Of a stretch of 55,738 bases of DNA, positions 9,122 through 18,902 are shown one piece after another; position 1 is the first letter of the stretch; every line of letters begins with the position of its first letter. The DNA is taken from contig CAZQQI010000012.1 of NCBI GenBank assembly GCA_964595465.1, forward strand, positions 1-55,738, read 5' to 3'. The translations under genes were made by a program, and so were the position numbers. The DNA is from an uncultured Planctomycetales bacterium (lineage in GTDB: Bacteria; Omnitrophota; Gorgyraeia; Zapsychrales; JANLHA01). The notes below the pieces were generated by a model that was not told where the DNA came from, did not search any database, and saw only the letters and a program-made list of their open reading frames with translations.

Positions 9122-10138
9122 ATGGCAGAGAAGAGACGTTCCAGTATCCATGATGTCGCGCATCGCGCCGGGGTCTCGATTACCACTGTATCCCGCGTAA
9201 TCAATAATGTGTCGACGGTAACTCCGCAGAATCAGGCGAAAGTGGAAAAGGCGATCGCTGAATTGAATTATCAGCCGGATGCCAACGCTCAGCGTCTTGC
9301 GCGCGGATTGAATAACGCCATCGGTTTTGTGATCCCGGGGTATCCGGGAATCTTTCATTCTTTCTACGCCGTAGAATTGATCCGCGGTGTCGGGCATGCC
9401 TGTGAATCGTTGCGGCTGGATATGATCTTTCACATCACGAATGGGTTTAACGATCTTAAGACCAGCAGTGTCGGGGGATTGATCTTCGCCGACATTATTG
9501 AGAACGAACGGCAGGTCAAATCCGCGTTAAAGTCCGACATTCCCTGCATGGTGATCAATCATGTTGTCCCGGATGTGCCGGTGCATTATATTGCCGTAGA
9601 TAACCGCAAGGGGGGCGCACTCGGCGCGGAGTATCTCTATCAGCTGGGACATCGCAGGATCGCGATGATCACCGGAAGTCTGCGTATGCAGGCCGGACAG
9701 CAGAGGCGGAAAGGGTTTTTAGAATACCTTACGTCGCAGGGGATCTCTGTCCCGGATCAGTATGTGGCCGAAGGGGACTATTCACGTCAAAGCGCGCGTG
9801 CAGCCATGGAACAGCTTTTAGACCTTGCAGATCCTCCGTCAGCGGTTTTTGTGGCGTCTGATGATATGGCTCTTGAGGCCATGGCCGTGGCGATGGAGCG
9901 CGACCTGAGTATCCCCGATGATATTTCTATTGTCGGATATGATGATAATCCTGCAGCCCTTTACGGGCCAGCAGCTTTGACGACTATCCGTCAGCCTTTA
10001 TTCGCGATGGCGGATCAGGCTGTGCGTGAACTCAACCGGATTGTACAGAAAACCCCGGAAAAACGTCTGCAGAAGATCCTGGAGCCGGAGTTGGTCATCC
10101 GGGATTCCTGCGCCGGGCCTTCCCAGCGGGCAGATTGA
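9122..10138 (+). CDS. LacI family transcriptional regulator
   Basis: HTH SIHDVAHRAGVSITTVSRVIN; LGHRRIA; IPDDISIVGYDD; LTTIRQP. Confidence 0.96.
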   Translation: MAEKRRSSIHDVAHRAGVSITTVSRVINNVSTVTPQNQAKVEKAIAELNYQPDANAQRLARGLNNAIGFVIPGYPGIFHSFYAVELIRGVGHACESLRLDMIFHITNGFNDLKTSSVGGLIFADIIENERQVKSALKSDIPCMVINHVVPDVPVHYIAVDNRKGGALGAEYLYQLGHRRIAMITGSLRMQAGQQRRKGFLEYLTSQGISVPDQYVAEGDYSRQSARAAMEQLLDLADPPSAVFVASDDMALEAMAVAMERDLSIPDDISIVGYDDNPAALYGPAALTTIRQPLFAMADQAVRELNRIVQKTPEKRLQKILEPELVIRDSCAGPSQRAD

Positions 10139-10163
10139 CAAAATCAGGCTTTAGCGCTAGAGT
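10135..10163 (+). promoter_or_regulatory. sigma70-like promoter for the small ORF and mnmG
   Basis: TTGACA-17 nt-TAGAGT. Confidence 0.5.
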
Positions 10164-10193
10164 ATGTCCGCTGATCAGCAGGAAGAAGGTAAT

Positions 10194-10367
10194 ATGGGCC
10201 GATTCATGAATATAATTATGTATCTCTTATGGACCCTGACCATTATTATGGTTCTGGCGGCGACCTTTACGGAATTTGAATATACGGATCTTAATGCCAT
10301 TGCGGTTGTGTTGTTCCTCTTTTCCTTCTTGAATTCTTTTCTGATGATCACACGTAAAAACAAATAA
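10194..10367 (+). CDS. small two-TM membrane protein
   Basis: Two hydrophobic helices and a basic tail. ATG10164 abuts the -10 box, so ATG10194 (GAAGG upstream) is preferred. Confidence 0.55.
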   Translation: MGRFMNIIMYLLWTLTIIMVLAATFTEFEYTDLNAIAVVLFLFSFLNSFLMITRKNK

Positions 10368-10388
10368 TTTTTTCCAATCGGGGACGAT

Positions 10389-12296
10389 ATGGATAGAGAA
10401 TACCACTGTCTGGTTGTCGGCGGGGGTCATGCCGGCGTAGAGGCCGCACTGGCTGCGTCCCGCATGGGATGCCGGACAGCTATGATCAATTTAACCCGTG
10501 AGACGATCGGCTTGATGAGCTGTAATCCTGCTGTCGGTGGTGTCGGCAAAGGGCAGCTGGTCAAGGAGATCGATGCTTTAGGCGGTGAGATGGGGCTGGC
10601 GGCTGACAAGACCGCGATCCAGTTCCGTCAGCTGAATGCCTCAAAAGGTCAGGCTGTCCGTTCATCGCGTTGTCAGTCGGACCGCCGCCGGTATCAGCAG
10701 TATATGCAGCAGGCTGTCTGTTCTCAGCAGGATCTGACTGTGATCGCGGATATGGCTGAAGAGATACTGGCCGTTTCTGGCCGCGTCACCGGCGTCAAGA
10801 CAGCTTCCGGCCTGATATTATCGGCGCCGACTGTGATCCTGGCAGCCGGAACGTTTTTAAAAGGACGTATGCATATCGGTCCCCGTATCATTCCCGGAGG
10901 GCGAGCCGGAGAGCCTTCAGCGGTGCGTCTGACCGATAATTTAAAAGATCTGGGATTTGAGATCGTGTATTTCAAGACCGGTACGCCCCCGCGCATCGAC
11001 GGGAAAACCGTGGATTTTTCCCGGATGCACATTCAGCATTCCGACCCCCGTCCGGTGCCGTTTTCCTTCCGCACGGATCATATACCTGATGATCACCCGT
11101 TGCGGCCCTGTTTCATCACCCGGACCACGGAACAGACCCATGAGATTATCCGCAGAAATTTTCATCTTTCCCCGATGTATTCCGGTCAGATCGAAGCGAC
11201 CGGGGTGCGGTATTGTCCTTCTATCGAGGATAAGCTGAAAAAATTTCCCGATAAAGGGACGCATAATGTCTTTATGGAGCCTGAAGGGCTTGAAACGGAA
11301 CTGTACTATCCTAACGGCATTTCTACCGGCCTTCCGGAAGATGTTCAGCAGGAGATGGTCCATTCTATCCCCGGCCTGGACAAAGCCGTGATCACTCAGC
11401 CGGGCTACTCTATCGAACACGGTGTTATTCCGCCGACACAGATTACGTCATCGTTGGAAAGCAAACAGATCAAAGGGCTGTTTCTGGCCGGACAGATCAA
11501 CGGCACCACAGGCTATGAAGAAGCCGCGGCCCAGGGTTTAGTGGCCGGAGTCAACGCGGTGTTAGCCTTTCGGAATGAAAAACCTTTTATCCTTGGACGG
11601 CATGAGTCATATATCGGAGTGCTGATCGATGATCTGACCACCAAGGGAACGGAAGAGCCATACCGCATGTTTACGTCCCGGGTGGAATACCGCCTGGTTG
11701 TTCGTGAAGATAATGCTGATGTCCGCATGGCGCCTTATGCCCGGCAACACGGTCTGATCCGAGAAGAAGAATTTGATCAAATTATGAAAAAATATGACCG
11801 GGTGGAGAGTGAGATCGCCCGGCTCAAAGCTAAAAAGGTTTTTCCGGGTTCGGATGAAGGAAAAGCACTCAGCGCGATGCTCGAGGCCAACGGCAGTACC
11901 CGTCTAAGTCAGCCGGCATCTCTGGCTGATATTCTTAAGCGTCCCCAGGTGCATTATACCGATCTGCGTTCGTTTGGGGCCTCCTTATCAGAGGATGAGC
12001 GTGTTCAGGTCGAACAGGTGGAATATGAGATCAAGTATGAAGGGTTCATCGCCCGCCAGCAGAAGGATATAGACCGTCTGCGTTATGTCGAAAATATTAA
12101 GATCCCGGAAGACATGGATTACACCCGCATTCCTGGTCTTTCCATAGAGATCCAGCAGAAACTCGCCCGATTTTCTCCCCATACGCTTGCCCAGGCCCAC
12201 CGTATTTCCGGCGTTACGCCGTCTGCGGTTTCCATTCTGATGGTATATTTGAAGAAGCTGTCTCTGGCCCGCCGTGAACAAATGCGTAATGAATAA
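10389..12296 (+). CDS. mnmG: tRNA uridine-5-carboxymethylaminomethyl(34) synthesis enzyme MnmG (GidA)
   Basis: GGGHAGVEAA, MSCNPAVGG, KTGTPPR, RYCPSIEDK, AGQINGTTGYEEAAAQG, EPYRMFTSR. Confidence 0.98.
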   Translation: MDREYHCLVVGGGHAGVEAALAASRMGCRTAMINLTRETIGLMSCNPAVGGVGKGQLVKEIDALGGEMGLAADKTAIQFRQLNASKGQAVRSSRCQSDRRRYQQYMQQAVCSQQDLTVIADMAEEILAVSGRVTGVKTASGLILSAPTVILAAGTFLKGRMHIGPRIIPGGRAGEPSAVRLTDNLKDLGFEIVYFKTGTPPRIDGKTVDFSRMHIQHSDPRPVPFSFRTDHIPDDHPLRPCFITRTTEQTHEIIRRNFHLSPMYSGQIEATGVRYCPSIEDKLKKFPDKGTHNVFMEPEGLETELYYPNGISTGLPEDVQQEMVHSIPGLDKAVITQPGYSIEHGVIPPTQITSSLESKQIKGLFLAGQINGTTGYEEAAAQGLVAGVNAVLAFRNEKPFILGRHESYIGVLIDDLTTKGTEEPYRMFTSRVEYRLVVREDNADVRMAPYARQHGLIREEEFDQIMKKYDRVESEIARLKAKKVFPGSDEGKALSAMLEANGSTRLSQPASLADILKRPQVHYTDLRSFGASLSEDERVQVEQVEYEIKYEGFIARQQKDIDRLRYVENIKIPEDMDYTRIPGLSIEIQQKLARFSPHTLAQAHRISGVTPSAVSILMVYLKKLSLARREQMRNE

Positions 12297-12332
12297 CTCA
12301 TTGTTCTATGAGTGAGAGAGGGCATGGTGTGT

Positions 12333-12483
12333 ATGGGTCATAGTGTGTTTTTCCGGAGCGTTCGTTTTTCCCCAGCGAGGAAAAACTCACTCAACGAAAA
12401 TCCTGCGCTCTCATCACGCTGACGCGTGATGAACCGTGCCCGCTCCGGATTTCTGAAGTCCGTCAAAACACACTATGATCCAT
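12333..12483. repeat. ~150-nt nested inverted-repeat element (MITE-like or structured RNA)
   Basis: 19-nt terminal arms ATGGGTCATAGTGTGTTTT / AAAACACACTATGATCCAT; inner TCCGGAGCG/CGCTCCGGA; two internal hairpins. Confidence 0.6.
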
Positions 12484-12632
12484 GATCGACAGCAACACTT
12501 CTCCAGGAGTTGTCTTCGGCGACGTGTCTTGATGAGATTTTTATGCCGCGCCGTTCAAAGAGGTGATTCTTGATTACTCATTAAGTTGTGCTAAAGTTAG
12601 GTAAATAAAGAATGCCTGAAAAAGGAGTCATT

Positions 12633-13565
12633 ATGCCTATTGCACAGTCTATTTTGGAATTGATCGGAAAAACACCCCTGGTCCGCCTTAACCGCATGGC
12701 CGCGGATGTCCAGGCTGAAGTTTTTCTTAAATTGGAGTTCTTCAATCCCGCGGGATCGGTTAAAGACCGTATCGCCCTGTCCATGCTCGAATCAGCGGAG
12801 AAAGACGGTACGATATCTCCGGACAAGACCACGGTCATCGAACCGACATCCGGAAACACCGGTATTGGTCTGGCCATGGTGTGCGCGGTTAAAGGCTACA
12901 AGCTCAGGATCGTGATGCCGGATACCATGAGTCAGGAGCGGCGTATGCTGATGCAGGCCTTCGGCGCGGAATTGGTTTTGACCCCGGGCAGTGAGGGGAT
13001 GAAGGGCGCTGTTGCCGAAGCGGAACGCCTGGTCTCCATGGATGAGAACTGCTTTATGCCTCAGCAATTCAATAATTCCGCTAACCCTGAGGCCCATCGC
13101 CGGACAACGGCAGAAGAGATCTGGCAGGATACCGAAGGGAAGGTTGATGTTCTGGTCGCCGGGGTCGGCACGGGAGGGACGATTACCGGAGTCGGCAGTG
13201 TTCTTAAAGAACGGAATCCTGATATCCAAGTCGTTGCCGTGGAGCCTGAAGATTCAGCTGTGCTTTCCGGTAAAGGACCAGGCCCGCATAAGATCCAGGG
13301 CATCGGCGCCGGATTTGTGCCGGAAAACTGCCGGCAGGAGATCATTGATGAGGTTGTTACTGTCAGCAACGAAGAGGCCTTTGATTATGCCCGGCGCCTG
13401 GCGCGCGAAGAAGGGCTTCTGTCCGGGATCTCCTCGGGCGCCAATGTCTGCGCGGCGCTGAAAATCGCCGCCCGTCCGGAAAGCGCCGGGAAACGCATTG
13501 TGACATTTGCCTGCTCGACAGGGGAACGCTATTTGAGTACGGAATTGTTTCGACGGCAAACGTGA
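12633..13565 (+). CDS. cysK: cysteine synthase A
   Basis: NPAGSVKDR (PLP lysine), [30 protein letters not shown]; AAGGAG RBS before ATG12633. Confidence 0.97.
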   Translation: MPIAQSILELIGKTPLVRLNRMAADVQAEVFLKLEFFNPAGSVKDRIALSMLESAEKDGTISPDKTTVIEPTSGNTGIGLAMVCAVKGYKLRIVMPDTMSQERRMLMQAFGAELVLTPGSEGMKGAVAEAERLVSMDENCFMPQQFNNSANPEAHRRTTAEEIWQDTEGKVDVLVAGVGTGGTITGVGSVLKERNPDIQVVAVEPEDSAVLSGKGPGPHKIQGIGAGFVPENCRQEIIDEVVTVSNEEAFDYARRLAREEGLLSGISSGANVCAALKIAARPESAGKRIVTFACSTGERYLSTELFRRQT

Positions 13566-13835
13566 CGTGTGAAAAGTGACGGGAAAAGTGAACCGGAGAA
13601 CGGGAAACGGAGAACGGAGAACGGGAAACGGGAGACGTGAAACCGAGAACGAGAAACGGGAGACGTGAAACGCAAATTTTGAAAACCCATAACTCAAACG
13701 TTTCACGCTTCACGTATCCCGTTGTACGTTAATCCAATAAACCCAATAAACCCAACAAACTCAATGAACTCAACAAACCCAATAAACCCAACAAACCCAA
13801 CAAATTCAATGAACTCAACAAACCCAACAAACCCA
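13566..13835 (+). repeat. intergenic low-complexity array: GAAACGG/GAAACGT heptamers, a complementary arm, then AAACCCAAY nonamers
   Basis: Direct reading; 13654-13742 is the exact reverse complement of 17945-18033. Confidence 0.9.
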
Positions 13836-13843
13836 CACCTCCC

Positions 13844-14563
13844 ATGTCCAAGACCGCGCTGAAATTTATTATTTTTATAGGTTTTGTCTGCCTTTTCGTT
13901 TTCCTCGGCGGTATGCTGAATTTCAACCCCGAGCCTTTGCAGGAATTTTTCACTGAAAAAACGCCTGTTCTTTCCAGTATCATCTTTATCGTTTTATATG
14001 TTGTCGGAACATTTTTTATCTGGGTAGGGCCCAAGGATGTTCTGCGCGTGGTCTCGGCTGTGGTCTTCGGCGCGGTTTGGAGTTCGGCCTTGATTTATAT
14101 CGCAGAAATGCTCAACCTGCTGGTCCTGTTCAATTTCAGCCGCTGCATGGGACGGGCGTACTTAGAAAAAAAGATGAAGGGCAAGATCAAGAAGATGGAT
14201 GAGGCGGTGTCCCGGACCAGTTCTGCGGCGATCTTTTTCATGAAGTTTTATCCCATTATTCCTTTCCGGGTGCTGGATCTGGGCTACGGTTTGACGAAAG
14301 TCAACCTGTCCCGCTATTTTTTTGTCAGTGCCCTGGCCGCACCGGTCCGCCTGTTCGTGATCCAGTATTTTTTGGCTCTGGGTCTAGACACGGCCATGAA
14401 CCCTATGAAATTACAGGAATATTTGCTGGACCGTCCCCGGGTCTTTTTCGCCATGTTCACCTATTCGGTTTCAGCGGTTATTTATCTAATCGTACTGTTG
14501 TTCCGTCGGGGCCGGCGGCGGGATGAATTCGCAACAGGATCTGCTGCAGAGGCGGGTGAATAG
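13844..14563 (+). CDS. TVP38/TMEM64 (VTT/DedA) family membrane protein
   Basis: Multi-TM; VVFGAVWS, FNFSRCMGR, FYPIIPFRVLDLGYGLTKV resemble the SNARE-associated domain. Confidence 0.75.
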   Translation: MSKTALKFIIFIGFVCLFVFLGGMLNFNPEPLQEFFTEKTPVLSSIIFIVLYVVGTFFIWVGPKDVLRVVSAVVFGAVWSSALIYIAEMLNLLVLFNFSRCMGRAYLEKKMKGKIKKMDEAVSRTSSAAIFFMKFYPIIPFRVLDLGYGLTKVNLSRYFFVSALAAPVRLFVIQYFLALGLDTAMNPMKLQEYLLDRPRVFFAMFTYSVSAVIYLIVLLFRRGRRRDEFATGSAAEAGE

Positions 14564-15172
14564 ATGAATGCCTTTTTGAAAAGTTTACGTGTCTATTTTT
14601 CTGATAAAGACCTCCTGCATCTACAGTCTTTGAAGGTTGGCATCGCGGGAACCGGAGGGTTGGGGTCGAATATCGCGGTCATGCTGGCCCGCAGCGGGTT
14701 GTGTCAATTCTGCTTGCTTGACCGCGACCGGCTGGAGGCAGCCAACCTCAACCGCCAGCATTTTTTCCCGGAACATATCGACCGTCCCAAGGTGACCTGT
14801 CTGAAGGAACAGCTGGTGACAATTAATCCTGATATTTCCTGCAGAGAATATTATCTGGAGTGGTCTCCGGGCCAGCCTAATGATCCTTTTCCGCAATGCG
14901 ACATTTTATTTGAGGCCTTTGACGGCGCCGAAACCAAGGCCCGTTTTATTGACTATTACAGCGGCATGGTGCCGTGTTTGATCTCAGGTAATGGTATGTG
15001 CGGGCTGAATCCGCTGGAACCTTTGCCGGTCCGTCGGGTGGCAGATGTCTTTGTTGTAGGAGACGGCGTGACGGATGTGTCGCCCGAACAGCCGCCGTTG
15101 GCTCCCCGGGTCACTGCCTGCGCGGCAAAAATGGCTGAGATCGGCCTGGCCTGGGCGTTGGGGAAGATCTAG
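14564..15172 (+). CDS. thiF: sulfur carrier ThiS adenylyltransferase ThiF (short family)
   Basis: GIAGTGGLGS, LARSG, NLNRQ, EAFD, VVGDG, LAPRV; thiSGH nearby. Confidence 0.85.
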   Translation: MNAFLKSLRVYFSDKDLLHLQSLKVGIAGTGGLGSNIAVMLARSGLCQFCLLDRDRLEAANLNRQHFFPEHIDRPKVTCLKEQLVTINPDISCREYYLEWSPGQPNDPFPQCDILFEAFDGAETKARFIDYYSGMVPCLISGNGMCGLNPLEPLPVRRVADVFVVGDGVTDVSPEQPPLAPRVTACAAKMAEIGLAWALGKI

Positions 15173-15216
15173 CTGCTGAATGTCAGGTTCCTTTATTATT
15201 AAAAAGGAGGGGTATT

Positions 15217-15744
15217 ATGGAATGTCCGGCTTGTGATAATACACTCACGGAAAAAGAATTCGGCGGCATTGCTGTGGATGTCTGCGAAAACGGCTGCGGC
15301 GGGATCTGGTTTGACAATTTTGAACTGGAGAAATTTGACGAACAGCATGAGCATGCCGGAGAAGCCTTACTGGATGTGGCGCGCGATCCTGATGTGCAGG
15401 CTAACATTCAGGAAAAACGGCAATGCCCCCGCTGTCAGGATGTGGTGATGCGTCAGCGTTTTTTCAGTGTGAAGCGCGGTGTAACAATGGATGAATGTGC
15501 GGGCTGCGGCGGGATCTGGCTGGATGCCGGCGAATTGAGGGATATCCGTAAAGCCTTTGAGAATGAAGAGCAGCGTCATCAGGCGTTCGACACATATTTT
15601 CAATCGGTTCTGGGGGAACAGCTCTCATCCGAAATTTCCGGCCAGCGGTCTGAATTAGCTGATGCACGGAAATTTGCGCACGCATTCCGCTATATCCTGC
15701 CAAGTTATTATATTCCGGGAGAGCAAAAGGGAGGGGCGTTTTAA
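15217..15744 (+). CDS. tandem zf-TFIIB-type zinc-ribbon protein
   Basis: AGGAGG RBS; CPAC...CENGCGGIWFD and CPRC...CAGCGGIWLDAGEL. Confidence 0.85.
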   Translation: MECPACDNTLTEKEFGGIAVDVCENGCGGIWFDNFELEKFDEQHEHAGEALLDVARDPDVQANIQEKRQCPRCQDVVMRQRFFSVKRGVTMDECAGCGGIWLDAGELRDIRKAFENEEQRHQAFDTYFQSVLGEQLSSEISGQRSELADARKFAHAFRYILPSYYIPGEQKGGAF

Positions 15745-15762
15745 AAAGGGATGGGCGGCGTC

Positions 15763-15984
15763 TTACTCTGCCTGTTCTGCGTAGAGGATGCGTTCCAGCT
15801 TCTTGGAAATCAGTGTTTGGGTATAACCGCTGGCAAAAATATAGATGCCGTACTGAACGACCAGATAGTTTTTATTCATCAAGTTGAAGAAAATGATAAC
15901 GATCCCGACAAAAACCAGGATCACACCGCTTAAATGACACATCCATGATAAGGATTCCAGCGACCGTATGTTTTGTTTGTGCAT
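15763..15984 (-). CDS. small membrane protein
   Basis: AAGGAGG RBS on the minus strand; hydrophobic segments. Confidence 0.65.
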   Translation of the reverse strand: MHKQNIRSLESLSWMCHLSGVILVFVGIVIIFFNLMNKNYLVVQYGIYIFASGYTQTLISKKLERILYAEQAE

Positions 15985-16057
15985 GCGTCCTCCTTTATAA
16001 GACTCACCTTCTTATTTATTATACAAATATCTCGGCGAATAGGAAGATTTTTTCAGC

Positions 16058-17074
16058 TTAAATGGTCAGATTGCGCCAGTCGGTCAGGACGGGATCAAAG
16101 TTTTTCTTCTTGAGCATGGTTTTGATTTCCTCAACAGAGCGGTGATCAGCGATATCGAATTGCGGGTCCTGATGTTTAGGCTGTCCCGGGCTGTAGGCGC
16201 CGACCGCGGTGCGCGAGCCGGCCGAGATCCGGGTTACTCCAAGGCCGAGGGTGTGTTCTCTGAAGGCGGCGGATTCACGGGTGGAAAGGTTGATCCCCGC
16301 GCGGGGAAAGGCGATTCGGGTCAGGGAGAGGATGCGGACTAACGTGACATCAGAAATTTCGGCAGGGATGAATCCCTGTCCTTTGATCGTGCGCAGACGC
16401 GGATAAGATAAGCTGTATTCCACGCCGGGATAATGTTTTTCTAATGCACGCAAATGCTGAAATAAGGCATAGATGTCTCCGGCAGGATCGGTTAATCCCA
16501 GCAGAATTCCCAGTGATAAATGATGAAATCCGGCACGGGCGATGCGTTCTGGAGCGCCGAGGCGGAAATCATAGTCTTTTTTTTCTCCGGCCAGATGGAC
16601 TTGGGCATAGCGGGAGCGGTTATAGGTTTCCTGGTAAATGGTGACGCCGTCAGCTCCTGCCGCGTGCAGACGGCAGTAGCCGTTCTCTGTCAAAGGGTAG
16701 ATCTCCAGCGCCACATTGGGAAAAAACTCCCGCGCGGCGTGAACGGCTTTCTCCAAATATTCCAGGGGAGTCTGCTGCGGGGATTCGCCGGTGAGCAGAA
16801 GGATATTCTCGATGCCGGTGCTGGCAATGGCCCGCATTTCCTGCCGGTATTCTTCAGCAGTGAGTTTTTTGCGCTGGATGGTATGAGAGCGGTTGAAGCC
16901 GCAATAAACGCAATGGGATGAACAATAGTTCGATAGATACAGCGGGGTGTAGAGCGAAATGGTTCGGCCGAAATACTGCCGGGTCAGTGAAGCGGCCCGC
17001 CGGGCCAGGTCTTCGGTCAGTGCCGGGCTGGGGTCGGACAGGACCATTTGGATGTCGGAGAGAGACGGACGCAT
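16058..17074 (-). CDS. thiH: 2-iminoacetate synthase ThiH (radical SAM)
   Basis: LYTPLYLSNYCSSHCVYCGF, YQETY, LSTRE, ISAGSRT, QFDIADHR; downstream of thiG. Confidence 0.93.
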   Translation of the reverse strand: MRPSLSDIQMVLSDPSPALTEDLARRAASLTRQYFGRTISLYTPLYLSNYCSSHCVYCGFNRSHTIQRKKLTAEEYRQEMRAIASTGIENILLLTGESPQQTPLEYLEKAVHAAREFFPNVALEIYPLTENGYCRLHAAGADGVTIYQETYNRSRYAQVHLAGEKKDYDFRLGAPERIARAGFHHLSLGILLGLTDPAGDIYALFQHLRALEKHYPGVEYSLSYPRLRTIKGQGFIPAEISDVTLVRILSLTRIAFPRAGINLSTRESAAFREHTLGLGVTRISAGSRTAVGAYSPGQPKHQDPQFDIADHRSVEEIKTMLKKKNFDPVLTDWRNLTI

Positions 17075-17088
17075 GATATTTGCTATCC

Positions 17089-17862
17089 TTAAGTATTATA
17101 TAAAAATCCCGTCAGCGGAGAAGAGGGCTCGGCCGTATGACGGCGCGCGGGCAGTCCGCTTAGATAGGCCCGCCGTCCGGAGCAAATGGCTTCGGCGAAC
17201 GCGAGAGCCATTTCCGCGGGGCGGCCTGCTGTGGCCACGGCCGTGTTGACCAGGACTGCGTCGGCGCCGAGTTCCATGGCTTCGGCTGCTTGAGACGGCG
17301 CGCCAAGGCCGGCATCTACGACAATGGGGATATCAATTTCATTTTTGAGGATGCGGATAAATTCGCGGGCCAGCAGCCCCTGGTTCGATCCGATCGGGGA
17401 TGCCAGAGGCATCACGGTTGCGGCTCCGGCGGCGGCGAGTTCGCGGGCGCAGTACAGGTCAGGGAACATATAGGGCAGAACCACAAATCCATCGTCGACC
17501 AGCAGGCGAGTTGCCTCGACCGTTGCGGAATTATCCGGGAGTAAATATTTTGAATCATTAATGACCTCGATCTTGATCCAGTTCCCGCAGCCGCTTTCCC
17601 GTGCCAGGCGGGCGATACGCAGCGCTTCCCGGGCGTTACGGGCCCCGGAGGTGTTGGTCAGTAAGGTGATCCCGTCGGGAATATATTCCAGGATATTGTC
17701 TTCATGGCGTTCCAGGTCGATGCGCCGCAGCGCCACGGTTACGATCTCGGTTTCGGAGAGACGGATGCTTTCGGCCAGGTCCTGTTTGTTGGCAAATTTC
17801 CCCGTCCCCAGTAGAAACCGGCTTTCAAATGTTCTGTCTGCGATTATCAGGGGGTCGTTCAT
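17089..17862 (-). CDS. thiG: thiazole synthase ThiG
   Basis: LGTGKF, VTVALRR, WIKIEVI, MPLASPIGS, VVDAG, AVLVNTA. Confidence 0.97.
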   Translation of the reverse strand: MNDPLIIADRTFESRFLLGTGKFANKQDLAESIRLSETEIVTVALRRIDLERHEDNILEYIPDGITLLTNTSGARNAREALRIARLARESGCGNWIKIEVINDSKYLLPDNSATVEATRLLVDDGFVVLPYMFPDLYCARELAAAGAATVMPLASPIGSNQGLLAREFIRILKNEIDIPIVVDAGLGAPSQAAEAMELGADAVLVNTAVATAGRPAEMALAFAEAICSGRRAYLSGLPARRHTAEPSSPLTGFLYNT

Positions 17863-18150
17863 GGTTTGTTGAGTTTATTGAGTTTGTTGGGTTTGTTGAG
17901 TTTGTTGGGTTTGTTGAGTTTGTTGGGTTTGTTGGGTTTATTGAGTTTATTGGATTAACGTACAACGGGATACGTGAAGCGTGAAACGTTTGAGTTATGG
18001 GTTTTCAAAATTTGCGTTTCACGTCTCCCGTTTTTCGTTCCCCGGCTCACTTTTCACGTCTCCCGTTCTTCGTTTCCCGGCTCACTTTTCATGTCTCCCG
18101 TTCCTCGTTCCCCGGTTCACTGTTCCCGTAACTTTTCCTAGTTCACGATC
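17863..18150 (-). repeat. intergenic heptamer/nonamer array between thiS and thiG
   Basis: Same architecture as 13566-13835 when read on the minus strand. Confidence 0.9.
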
Positions 18151-18152
18151 TA

Positions 18153-18353
18153 TTATCCCCCGCCCACAAAGGTTACCAGTTCCAGAACGTCACCGTCTTT
18201 TACCTCTGTTTGAGGCCAGTGATCGCGTTTAATGATCGATCCGTTGAGTTCAGCAACGACCCTCTTTTGCTCTGGACAATGTTTTTGCAGAAGGGACTGC
18301 AATGTACGGGATTCCCCCAGGCTATGTTGTTTTCCATTTATTGTAATAGGCAT
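18153..18353 (-). CDS. thiS: sulfur carrier protein ThiS
   Basis: 66 aa; ITING, ELNGSII, DGDVLELVTFVGGG with C-terminal GG. Confidence 0.95.
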   Translation of the reverse strand: MPITINGKQHSLGESRTLQSLLQKHCPEQKRVVAELNGSIIKRDHWPQTEVKDGDVLELVTFVGGG

Positions 18354-18848
18354 AAGAGATCCTTTTAAGTGCCCTACATAATAGTACTATTCATAATGAA
18401 ATGCAAATAGCGCGGGAAGAGAAAATAAAAGAAATTCAGCCTCTTGGGAAATATGCGTGCGTGAAAAGGAAGGGTGATGCTTTCGCGTTCACCCATTTTT
18501 GGCTTGAATGGCGTTAACGAGCACCTCCCGATCTTTTTTATCGCCATTCGTGCGAGGACTGTCTGAGCGAAGAACACATAACACAGGATCAAAATCGGCA
18601 TAATTCGTGAGCATAAACACGGGACACGTTCTGGATCAAACGGCTCATTTTCATGAACATTCAATGAGGGGGTTTGAAGGAATAGCTATCTTTTATAGTC
18701 ATTCCGTCGTGAAACTGTGCGCGAAAGCATTACAGTATCCTTTGATTGAGGCGCTCAAAACTTCATGGAGACAAAATAGCAAAATTTCTATTTTTGCTGT
18801 GCTGGCCGTTGTTCTAATAGCAAATTGATATGATATATTTTTTGTCCT

Positions 18849-18877
18849 TTGACAAACCACATGACCGGCGGTAAACT
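18849..18877 (+). promoter_or_regulatory. sigma70-like promoter
   Basis: TTGACA-17 nt-TAAACT. Confidence 0.55.
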
Positions 18878-18902
18878 GCATCATAAGTCAAGGAGGACAG
18901 CC

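Noticed and set aside
18354-18848. TPP riboswitch, and ORFs 18374-18664 and 18607-18828
   Set aside because: No TPP core motifs by eye; the ORFs lack an RBS or recognisable homology
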